Both the position numbers and the translations under genes were made by a program. Shown here piece by piece: positions 55,574 through 64,000 of a stretch of 64,000 nucleotides of DNA. The DNA comes from an uncultured Ellagibacter sp. (lineage in GTDB: Bacteria; Actinomycetota; Coriobacteriia; Coriobacteriales; Eggerthellaceae): assembly GCF_934636505.1 (NCBI RefSeq), contig NZ_CAKUAL010000001.1:6706-70705 (forward strand), given 5' to 3'. The notes beneath the pieces are model-generated. The model had not been told where the DNA came from and did not search any database. It saw nothing but the letters and a program-made list of their open reading frames with translations. How positions within the stretch are numbered: position 1 is the first letter of the stretch; every line of letters begins with the position of its first letter.

Positions 55574-56437
55574 ATGCAGTTTTCCGTTGCTGAGCTGCCT
55601 TTGGCGCTTTTCACCACGCTGGCGCCGCTGGGTGCGGGCGCATTCATCGCCCTTGCGTGCGCTTTCTTCACCACGAGTTTCTCGGACGAGCAGCTAAAGA
55701 AGATCGATCGCGGCACCATCATCCCGCTCGCGATCGTGATTGCTGGCTTCATCTGCGCGTTCTTCCACCTGGCCAGCCCGATGAACGCCCCCTCGGTGTT
55801 TTTGGGCGCGGGTTCCCCGATGTCCAACGAGATCATCGCGGGCTGTGTGTTCGCGATTGTCACCATCGTGTACGTGATCGTTGCGAACGCGGGCAAGCTT
55901 TGCGGTTCTGCGCGTAAGGGCTTCGCTGCCGTTGTGGCCGTGCTTGCCGTAATCTTCGCCATCTTCACCGGCTTGGCGTACGTCATGAGCACCATCGCAA
56001 CTTGGGACACGCCGCTCGTTCCCGTGCAGATGCTCGGCTTCGCGCTCGTCGGCGGTGCTGCCACTGCGGCGCTCGTGCTTGCAAGTGCGGGCGCGTGGGC
56101 CGATGCGTGCAAGGGGTCTTTCAAGTCTGCCATCATCGGGTTCGCCGTTGTGGGCGCCGTGCTCGCCATCGTGGGTCTGGCCGGTCAGCTTGCCATGGCC
56201 TCCGGTATGGAGAACGCGCTTGTTTCCGGCTCTGAGCTGGTCTCCGGCGCCCTCCTTCCCGCCGTCATCGGCCTGGCGCTTATCGTGGTCGCGGCAGCGT
56301 TCGTCTTCGTCTCCGTGAAGAAGGAAGCTGCAACCGGCCTTGCTGCAGCGGCTGTCATCGCGGCTTTGGTGGGCATCTTCTTGGCTCGCATGGCGTTCTA
56401 CGCAATCCAGATGTCGGTGGGCATCTACTTCGGATAG
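55574..56437 (+). CDS. DmsC-type membrane anchor subunit
   Basis: Eight hydrophobic helices. Family-like LFTTLAPLGAGAF and HLASPMNA motifs. Confidence 0.7.
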   Translation: MQFSVAELPLALFTTLAPLGAGAFIALACAFFTTSFSDEQLKKIDRGTIIPLAIVIAGFICAFFHLASPMNAPSVFLGAGSPMSNEIIAGCVFAIVTIVYVIVANAGKLCGSARKGFAAVVAVLAVIFAIFTGLAYVMSTIATWDTPLVPVQMLGFALVGGAATAALVLASAGAWADACKGSFKSAIIGFAVVGAVLAIVGLAGQLAMASGMENALVSGSELVSGALLPAVIGLALIVVAAAFVFVSVKKEAATGLAAAAVIAALVGIFLARMAFYAIQMSVGIYFG

Positions 56438-56553
56438 CGCCTTCCCAGCGATTTTGACCCGCCCTGCGGCTCAAAATGAGCAAGCTCCGCTACCACCTTC
56501 CCAGTAGCGGAGCTTGTGCTATATTCAGGCGACAGCATAAGAGGGGGTTCGCT

Positions 56554-57195
56554 ATGGCCGAACAGTTTGACGAGATGCTCGACGCGATTGCTTTTGTAGG
56601 CGACACGCTCGCGCCGTTTTTCCTGGAAGACCCGAAGACAGGCGGCGCGCAGGCGTCCTTTTCCGCCTTGGCGTCGCTCGATGCCGACGCGGCAGCGCGC
56701 GAGTGGCCTTTCGCCGAGGCGGCTTCGTCTGCCCTTGCTCTTCAGGAAATGGTCGAAGGTTTGGCGGAAGGCGTCACCGACGACCTCGTTTGGGAATACC
56801 GAGCCCTTTTCGTAGGGCCGGGGCACCTTGTGGCTCCGCCGTGGGGGTCGGTCTACACCGATCGCGAGTGCGTCGTGTTCGGCGAGGCGACGCTTGCGTT
56901 GCGCGCGTGGATGCGCGAGCACGGCGTCGCGCGGACGACCGACGAGAAAACCCCCGAGGACCATATCGGCCTCATGCTGGCTCTTATGTCCCATCTTTGT
57001 CGCACGCAGCCCGAGACGCTCGATGACTACCTGTGCAACCATCTTCTCACGTGGGCGCCGCATTACCTGGAGGAACTCGCATCTGTAGCCCGCCATCCCT
57101 TCTACCGCGGCCTTGCCGAGCTCACGCGCTCCACGCTTCTCGGCATCCAGGATTTCCGCGGGCTTTCCGTAAAGCTTCCGCGCTTCTACAAGTAA
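56554..57195 (+). CDS. TorD/DmsD-family redox enzyme maturation chaperone
   Basis: WEYRALFVGPG...PPWGSVY motif. ATG 56554 lies behind GAGGGGG. Confidence 0.75.
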   Translation: MAEQFDEMLDAIAFVGDTLAPFFLEDPKTGGAQASFSALASLDADAAAREWPFAEAASSALALQEMVEGLAEGVTDDLVWEYRALFVGPGHLVAPPWGSVYTDRECVVFGEATLALRAWMREHGVARTTDEKTPEDHIGLMLALMSHLCRTQPETLDDYLCNHLLTWAPHYLEELASVARHPFYRGLAELTRSTLLGIQDFRGLSVKLPRFYK

Positions 57196-57204
57196 GGAAT
57201 CACC

Positions 57205-58116
57205 ATGTCGACGGGATTCGCCACCGCGTTCAGCGAAATCACACTCGTGCTTTTCACGACGCTTGCACCCTCGGGTGCGGTGGCATACGCGCTTATGTCG
57301 CTCCCTATCATTCGCGGAAGGCTCTCCGACGACGCCCATCGCCGCATCGACAAGGCGCTTTGCATCCCGCTCATCGTATCGCTGGTGGGGCTTGTCGCAT
57401 CGGCCACGCATTTGGGGAACCCGGCAAACGCGCTCTACGTGTTCATGGGGGTGGGGAGAAGCCCGCTTTCCAACGAGGTGTTCAGCGCCGTCATCTTCCT
57501 TGCGTTTTCGGGCGTGTACTGGCTCTACTCGTTCGCCGTGAAGCCCCGCCAGCTGCTCCAGCGCCTGCTCGCCGTTGGGGCGTGTGCGAGTGGCATCGCG
57601 TGCGTCACGGCAATCGCCTTTGCGTACTCCGCGAGCACCATCGTCACGTGGGACACGCCGTTTTCCCCGTTGAGCCTGTGGGCGAACGCGCTGCTCGGCG
57701 GGCCGGTCCTCGCCATCGTGGGCTTACGGGCTGCGCGGTGGAAATCGCGGGGGAACCGCTTTGGGCGGCTCATGCTTGTGCTTGCGGTCGTTGCGCTGGC
57801 GGCATGCCTTGTCGTGTATGCCCTTCAGGGGGCGATTGTTTTGCCGGCCGAGAACGCCGTCGCGTCCGCTGGCGATTTGGTGCCGCATTACGCGCTGCTC
57901 GTCTGCGTCTTCGCCGTTTTCGCTGCGGCGGGAATCGCTGTCGACGCGTTGTCGCTGTTCAGGCCCTCTGTGTCGCAGGAAGGGAAGGCGTCTCCCGACG
58001 AGATGACCATCTCGGTTTCGCGCGCCTCGGTTGCGGCGCTGCTCGTGCTCGCGGGCATCTTCGTGATGCGTTTCTCCTTCTACATGATGCATATGACAGT
58101 TGGCATCAGCTTCTAG
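57205..58116 (+). CDS. Second DmsC-type membrane anchor paralog
   Basis: Shares LFTTLAPSGAVA, HLGNPANA and SPLSNE motifs with the gene at 55574-56437. Confidence 0.65.
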   Translation: MSTGFATAFSEITLVLFTTLAPSGAVAYALMSLPIIRGRLSDDAHRRIDKALCIPLIVSLVGLVASATHLGNPANALYVFMGVGRSPLSNEVFSAVIFLAFSGVYWLYSFAVKPRQLLQRLLAVGACASGIACVTAIAFAYSASTIVTWDTPFSPLSLWANALLGGPVLAIVGLRAARWKSRGNRFGRLMLVLAVVALAACLVVYALQGAIVLPAENAVASAGDLVPHYALLVCVFAVFAAAGIAVDALSLFRPSVSQEGKASPDEMTISVSRASVAALLVLAGIFVMRFSFYMMHMTVGISF

Positions 58117-58354
58117 CGCGCTCGCAGCTGCGGGCCCGCAGGCGCCAGACCCCTCGCCCATGCGATCCCAAGCCGCTCGCGGCTGCTGGCGCCGGGGTTT
58201 TCACCCACTACCACCGCCAACTGCTCATTTCCCGCTTTCGGCGGCCAGCGCGTCTTAACAGGCGCCACTTTAGCCGCCTACAGTATTTTCCCCGCGCATT
58301 GTGCCGCCGCCGCGTTATCCTGTGCGATAAACCTACCAATAGAAAGGGGATTCC

Positions 58355-59269
58355 ATGTACAAAGTGCACTGCTTGAACAACATCTCGCAAAAAGGGCTGG
58401 CGCTCCTGTCGTCCGACTATGAGCTGACCGACGACGTGTCGGAGGCCGACGTCATCCTCGTGCGCAGTGCGAACATGCACGAGATGGAATTCTCCGACAA
58501 CTTGAAGGCGGTCGCGCGCGCGGGCGCGGGCGTGAACAACATCCCGCTCGACGCGCTTGCCGAGCGCGGGATTCCCGTGTTCAATACGCCAGGCGCGAAC
58601 GCGAACGCGGTGAAGGAGCTCGTGCTGTGTGCCCTGTTCCTGGCTGCGCGCGATGTCGTGGGAGGCGCCGCGTGGTGCCGCCACAACGCGGACGACGAGA
58701 ACATCGCGAAGAGCGCCGAAAAGGCGAAGAAGCAGTTCGCCGGCACCGAAATCATGGGGAAGACGCTCGGGGTGATCGGCCTTGGCGCCATCGGGCGCCT
58801 TGTCATCCCTGCAGTTGAGGCGCTGGGAATGAAGACGGTCGGCTACGATCCGTTCCTCGATGCCGAGCGCGCAGCTGCCATCTCCCCGAACCTCCGCTTC
58901 ACCGACGACCTGCTCGACCTGTGTGCGAGCTGCGACTACATCACGATCCATGTCCCGGCAACGCCGAAGACGAAGGGCATGATCGGTGCGGACGAAATTG
59001 CGGCCATGAAGGAGGGCGCGGCGTTTCTGAACTTCTCGCGTGACACTCTGATCGACAATGATGCTATGCGCGCGGGACTTGCGTCGGGTAAGGTTCGCCG
59101 TTACGTGACGGACTTTGCAACGCCCGAGGTCATGACGATGGAGGGCGCGCTTGTCCTCCCCCATCTGGGCGCATCGACCGCAGAGGCTGAGGAAAACTGC
59201 GCGGAAATGGCCGTGCGCGAAGTTATGGATTACCTGGAAACAGGCAAAAAGGTCCACTGCGTTAACTAG
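58355..59269 (+). CDS. D-isomer-specific 2-hydroxyacid dehydrogenase (short SerA-like)
   Basis: NAD-binding GVIGLGAIGR. Catalytic region HVPAT...FSRD...HLGAST. Confidence 0.75.
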   Translation: MYKVHCLNNISQKGLALLSSDYELTDDVSEADVILVRSANMHEMEFSDNLKAVARAGAGVNNIPLDALAERGIPVFNTPGANANAVKELVLCALFLAARDVVGGAAWCRHNADDENIAKSAEKAKKQFAGTEIMGKTLGVIGLGAIGRLVIPAVEALGMKTVGYDPFLDAERAAAISPNLRFTDDLLDLCASCDYITIHVPATPKTKGMIGADEIAAMKEGAAFLNFSRDTLIDNDAMRAGLASGKVRRYVTDFATPEVMTMEGALVLPHLGASTAEAEENCAEMAVREVMDYLETGKKVHCVN

Positions 59270-59421
59270 TTTTTACGTCAGCGGCCTGTGAAAACGAGCC
59301 GCTGCCAAGGCCGCGCTCAGCGCCCGCCTTCCCACCTTACGCTCCCCGCGCGCGTTGCGTGCGCTTTTGCGGGCTGCTCGTGGAAGGCCGGGGTTTGCTG
59401 GGCGCGGTTCTTTTTTGGGCC

Positions 59422-62400
59422 CTATCTTTCCCTCTTCGTTCGCTGAGCGGCCTCTACGGCGAGACGAATGCGATTTTCCCTGTTCAACGCTGATGATTCG
59501 GAATCGTAATCGATGACGGTGATCGGCATATCGGGATAGCGGCGCGCGAATTCGTGGGCGAAGCCACGGGCGTGCACATGCGCTTTCATGCAGCCGAAGC
59601 TCTGCAGGTAGATCACGCAATCGACCCCTTTGCGCGAGAACTCGTCCAGCTGGTCGAGATAGCGGACGTCCTCGCAGAAGAGCTTGTCGGGGTCGGGCAT
59701 CGCAACGTTGCACCCCAGTCGTTCCAACAACTTCAAGATGGAATCGTTCATGAGTGCGTCGAAACAGAGAAGCGGATTGCCGACAATACCGACGAGAACG
59801 CGCCCGATGCCTTCCTCCTTGGGCGTGGCGGGTTTTTCGATGGGTCGCGGCCAGCGTTCTTCTTCTATGATATCCGGGCAGCTGCCGTTGAGCCGCCAAA
59901 TCGTATGGGCGAGTCCATCGAGTAGGCAGCGGTTGCAGACTAAGGGAATATGCAACGCTCTAACCTGGGGATTTTTTTCAACTATTTGCAAGGAACGTGC
60001 GATGAGAGCTGCTGCGGTAAAGCAGACGTCGCCCGGCACCTGGCGTTGCGCCACCTGTGCATCAACGGCGGATATCCCCTCGCTCATGACGTTCGGAATA
60101 CGCTCGAACTCGCGGCCCGAAGCTTCGGCGACCCCTGCGTTGCCAGTGGCGTTTTTGCTCGCAGCGCGCTCCTTCTCGACATGCGATACCGTGGCCAGGG
60201 TGCTTGCGCCTGAACGGCCAATCGTGTGTTCGCGCTCTTTCAAGCTCGCAGCGAGCAATCCTTGTCCGCTTTTCCCGCGGCGGCTCATCGACTCAATCCC
60301 CTCGGCCAGCGTGCGAAGGCGGATATTGAGGTGAGCCTTGTCCGAAAGGTCGTCGATTTTCAGCGCAGTGAAGGGCTTTCCTGCCGCTTCGAGGATGTCG
60401 CGCGCGTCTTCAAGGCTCAGCGCGTCGTAGCCGCAGCCGAACGATTGCAGGCACACAAGGTCGACCTGCGCATTCTCGGCGGCGAATCGAGCGAGGCGCG
60501 CAAGGTGCTTGCCCGGTTTCCATGGCGGGCAATTCGGGTCGTGCGGTCGACGCGTCGCCCACGCATCCGAGCTTGTGGGGCACAGGATGGCGAATCCCAA
60601 CTTCGTAAGCATCGTATCGATTCCCCTCATAAGACGAGGGTCGGTGTGATAGGGGCGCCCGGCAACCACGATGGCGTGCCGCTGTGCATCCTTGGCAAGC
60701 CAGTCGATTACCTTTTCATTTGCTCGGGCGACTGTATCGAAGAATTCCCTTTGCGATGCAAGCGCCTTTTTGAGGGCGTGGTCGAACTCTTCTCGCGAAA
60801 GCGGCGCGCCGTCAGGGCAGAAGCTTCCTACCTCGGAAAAGAGCGTCGACAGGTCATCCTCGTCCTTTACAATGCGCGCCACTTTGAACGATGAAAGGTG
60901 GGGTCGTGAAAGCCGCACCTCTCCTTGCTCAAACGCGGGTACGGCATCTGCGAGCGCATCGGCGTATTCGCACGACACCGCGCAGCGTCCGATGCGGTTG
61001 AAATGAGGCATGAAAATAACGTCCGCACCTGCGTTCATCAGGTCGAATGCCCTCATATGCGCAATCTTTGCGGGAAAACATGCACCTTCGGCGGGGACGG
61101 TTGCGAGCGCCGCCTGTTCGAGTGAGGCGCCGCGAGCATCGTCGGGCATGATGACGCTGAAACCAAGCTCTGCGAACAGCGCCCGCCAAAACGGCGTATA
61201 TTCGTAGGTTTCGAAGCAGTTCATGATGCCGATCGAGCGCGTCCCGCGGGCGCCGCCTTGCACTACGCTCTCAACCGACTGCAGCAGATGCTGCTCGACG
61301 GCGATCGCGTTCGGGGCCTGGTGGGGGCGGGGGGTCGGCTTGCGACCCTCAATCGCGGCCGCTTCCGCGGCGCGGGTTTTGGGCTCCTCGTTGCGCGAAA
61401 ACTCGAAGTCATTCGCGCTGCTGCACTTGTTTCCGCTGATGAAACGCCTGCCATTCCCGAAATCGGCAATGGCGAGAAGGCACGCGTTCGAACACCCTGG
61501 GCATCGGGACGAGAAACGCTCGACGGACAGCGACTCAAGCTCGCGCGCGGAAATCATCGTGCTTCGCGGCGCTGCGTCCAAGTTGCCGTCGGCTTTCCCC
61601 ATCGCATCATGGGCTCGCTCGCGCGCGATCAGCGCCGCGCCGATCGTTCCCATAAGATGGGCGGACTCGGGGCGGATGGCCTCCACACCGCAAACCTTCT
61701 CGAATGCGCGCAGCGCGGCGTCGGACTTGAAGGTGCCGCCCTGCACGACAATCTTGGAACCCAGCGTATCAATCCTTTCGGCGCCGATGATGCGGAACAG
61801 GGCGTTCTTCACTACCGAATACGCGATACCCGCTGCCAAATCGTTGACGCTCGCGCCGATCTTCTGGGCGTGCTTGACGCGGGATGACATGAACACCGTG
61901 CACTTCGTCCCCAGGTCAACAGGGTGCTCCGAGGTAAGTGCGGCATCGTTGAACGCATGGGGGCTCAAACGCAGCGAGTGCGCGGTGCCCTCGATGAACG
62001 ACCCGCAGCCGCTTGAGCATGCTTCGTTGAGGATGGCGTTCGACACCATGCCGTTCTTGATCCAGAGAGCCTTCATGTCCTGTCCGCCGATGTCGAGCAC
62101 GAACGTCGCGTCGGGCACGAGCTCCATTGCCGCGCGGGCGTGCGCCGTCGTCTCCACGATGCCTGAATCAATACCGAGCGCCGCACGCAGCAGGTCCTCA
62201 CCATATCCCGTCGCCGTGGCATGTGCAACCCAGGCGGTCGTTTCGTCCGTGCCGTAGACGTGGGGGGCGATCTGTCGAAATCGAGCAGCTCTTCGGTCGC
62301 GGTGGCGAGTGCGTCGCCCTGCACCGGCGTATAGCAGGAATAAACAAGGTTACCCGCATCATCGATAACGGCCGTCTTCACCGTGGTCGATCCCGCGTCT

Positions 62401-63392
62401 ATCCCTAAGTAAAGCGGACCCTTGCAATCGAAGAGCCTCTTTCGGGGGAAATCAACCCGTGCATGGCGCTCCTTGAACGTCTCACGTTCTTCGTCGGTTG
62501 CGAACAGGGGTTCAAGCCGCATTAAGTCGTCTTCCGGCGCATCCGCTTGTCGTATGCACTTCTCGAGTTGCCCAAGCGATGTAGGCTTGCTCTCTGGCAG
62601 CTCCCCTGCATACAGTGCGGCGCCGTGGGCGGTGAAGATGTGGGCCCAGCGTGGCCGAATGCCCTCTCCGCGTTTCAGCCCAAGGCCAATCTGAAAGCGT
62701 CTGACCAGGTCAGGAATGAATTGTAATGGCCCTCCGAGGAAGATGACCTTCCCTTCAATGGGCCGTCCGCATGCGAGCCCGGTAATCGTTTGCCGCACGA
62801 CGGCCTCAAGGGCGCTCGCCGCAATGTCGCTCTTCTTTGCGCCAGCGTTCAGAAGCGGTCGTACGTCGGTTTGCGCGAACACGGCGCATCGCGACGCAAT
62901 CGGGTAGATGCGCGACGCCCCGCCTGCAAGCCGGCTCATGTCGCTCGAACGCACGCCGAGCATGAAGGCAATCGAGTCGATGAACCCGCCTGTCCCGCCG
63001 GCGCAGGTCGCGTTCATCCGCTGTTCGGGGTTGCCCGAGAGGTAAATCACCTTCGCGTCCTCGCCGCCAAGCTCGATGACGGCGTCGGCGTCGGGGTAGA
63101 GTTCTCGCACGGCGCGCTCGGTTGCTAGAACTTCCTGCACAAACGGGAGCTTAAGCATCTCGGCGAGCGCGATGCCCGCCGAGCCGGTGACGGTTGCCTT
63201 GCCGGGAAGATCGCCATAACGCCAGGTCAGGTTGTGCAGAATATCGACAAGCGTCTCGCGAATGTTTGAAAGATGGCGGCGGTAAATCGAGTTCACCACG
63301 GTGCCGTCTTCGTCGACGATCACGACTTTCACGGTCTTCGACCCCGCGTCGATTCCGAAGCGATAGGTTTTAGCGGAATCCTCTGCCGTCAT
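59422..63392 (-). pseudogene. Acyl-CoA dehydratase activase-related fusion protein (two BcrAD/BadFG ATPase domains plus a DUF2229-like region), interrupted by a -1 frameshift
   Basis: ORFs 62073-63392 and 59422-62157 are consecutive parts of one protein. The frame switches at the G6 run 62262-62267. One extra G restores ...ELLDFDRSPPHVYGTDETTAWVAHATATGYGEDLL... and gives 1323 codons. Confidence 0.75.
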
Positions 63393-63414
63393 CTTTCGAG
63401 CGCCAACTTACGCG

Positions 63415-64000
63415 CTAGCGGCGCGGAGGATTGTTCTCCGAGTCGTATGCCTCGCGTTTGGCGGCCTCGACCATGCTGAGAAGTTCCTGCTGCGTATGGA
63501 TATCGAGCTTGCGATAGATATGGTTGATATGCGTCTTCGCCGTGCTCTTAGAGATGCAAAGCTGGTCTTGAATGAACGCCGCGTTATGGCCCTTCGCAAG
63601 AAGGAACATAACCTCGGTCTCGCGCCGCGAGAGAAGGTAGCGGTCGGCAATTGCCTCGCATTGGGCATGGAAGCGGCCCTTCGCGCGGCGACCCTCCTCG
63701 GCATCCTGCGGTGTCTCCTGAGGTTCTTCGGATTCGGGAGCGGGCGCCTTCTCTGCAGTGGCGTCTCTCTCGTCCAGCGCGGCGATGTGCTTTTTCAGGG
63801 CCTCCGTTCCCTGATCAACGTTTACTCCTTCAGTTGGGGCGGCGACAATCGCCTTCACTTCGCGCTGGCGGGGCGACAGCACATATCCGAGGATGAGCGC
63901 AAACAGAACGAGTAGAGCCCCAGAGCCGTAATCGGCTCCCGTGATCATGGAGCTGGCGTCGCTGATCGGTGTCATGGCGAAAAGGGTCCCGAAAAGAGAG
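63415..64000 (-). CDS. LuxR-family regulator, C-terminal part (membrane-associated; the 5' end lies outside the window)
   Basis: HTH LSRRETEVMFLLAKGHNAAFIQDQLCISKSTAKTHINHIYRKL. A TM helix lies upstream. The ORF is open toward the window end. Confidence 0.7.
   Translation of the reverse strand, partial: SLFGTLFAMTPISDASSMITGADYGSGALLVLFALILGYVLSPRQREVKAIVAAPTEGVNVDQGTEALKKHIAALDERDATAEKAPAPESEEPQETPQDAEEGRRAKGRFHAQCEAIADRYLLSRRETEVMFLLAKGHNAAFIQDQLCISKSTAKTHINHIYRKLDIHTQQELLSMVEAAKREAYDSENNPPRR

Noticed and set aside
57033-58376. 447-aa plus-strand ORF overlapping the second dmsC paralog in another frame
   Set aside because: Its composition is Arg/Ala/Gly-rich. The 57205 frame gives a clean eight-helix membrane protein homologous to the first DmsC.
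62073-62270. C-terminal 65 residues of the 439-aa ORF (SPPTSTARTKRPPGLHMPRRRD...)
   Set aside because: This is out-of-frame read-through after the homopolymer frameshift, not real protein sequence.
1-64000. tRNA, rRNA or other canonical RNA genes
   Set aside because: I recognised no T-arm/GTTCGAATC-type motifs with cloverleaf context and no rRNA signatures. Absence cannot be proven without running a tRNA/rRNA scanner.

Overview
Visibly GC-rich, densely coding bacterial chromosome segment. The gene content looks Coriobacteriia/Eggerthellaceae-like: multi-TM LuxR regulators next to a DMSO-reductase-family operon, many long antisense ORF artefacts, and GGAGG-type RBSs. This taxonomic placement is inference only; no database search was possible.

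Core and housekeeping genes:
- fdhE with the 3' end of a formate dehydrogenase cytochrome b gene
- a three-gene 2-oxoacid:ferredoxin oxidoreductase
- a HemN-like radical SAM gene, citramalate synthase, a TrpR/YerC-like gene, Nudix, hsp20 with a CIRCE operator
- M18 aminopeptidase, rubrerythrin, guaB, a GT4 glycosyltransferase, engB, leuS, a SanA-like gene, a serA-like gene

Accessory or notable content:
- a 1857-aa repeat adhesin carrying a 271-bp internal duplication
- an SLH-anchored secreted protein
- hipBA
- an OmpR-type two-component system next to a VTC / DUF4956 / beta-helix lipoprotein module
- a repeat-rich island (about 24.3-28.6 kb) with an IS110-family element, an AbrB-PIN toxin-antitoxin pair, MITE-like repeats and degenerate type I-E-like CRISPR repeat remnants without cas genes
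- a low-GC AAA ATPase cassette flanked by short repeats
- a LytTR regulator with an apparently split AgrC-like kinase
- a LuxR-DmsABC-DmsD-DmsC' respiratory locus
- a large BcrAD/BadFG activase-fusion gene interrupted by a frameshift in a G6 homopolymer

I recognised no tRNA or rRNA genes. All functional calls rest on motifs read from the translations. All repeats were found by eye, so their boundaries are approximate.
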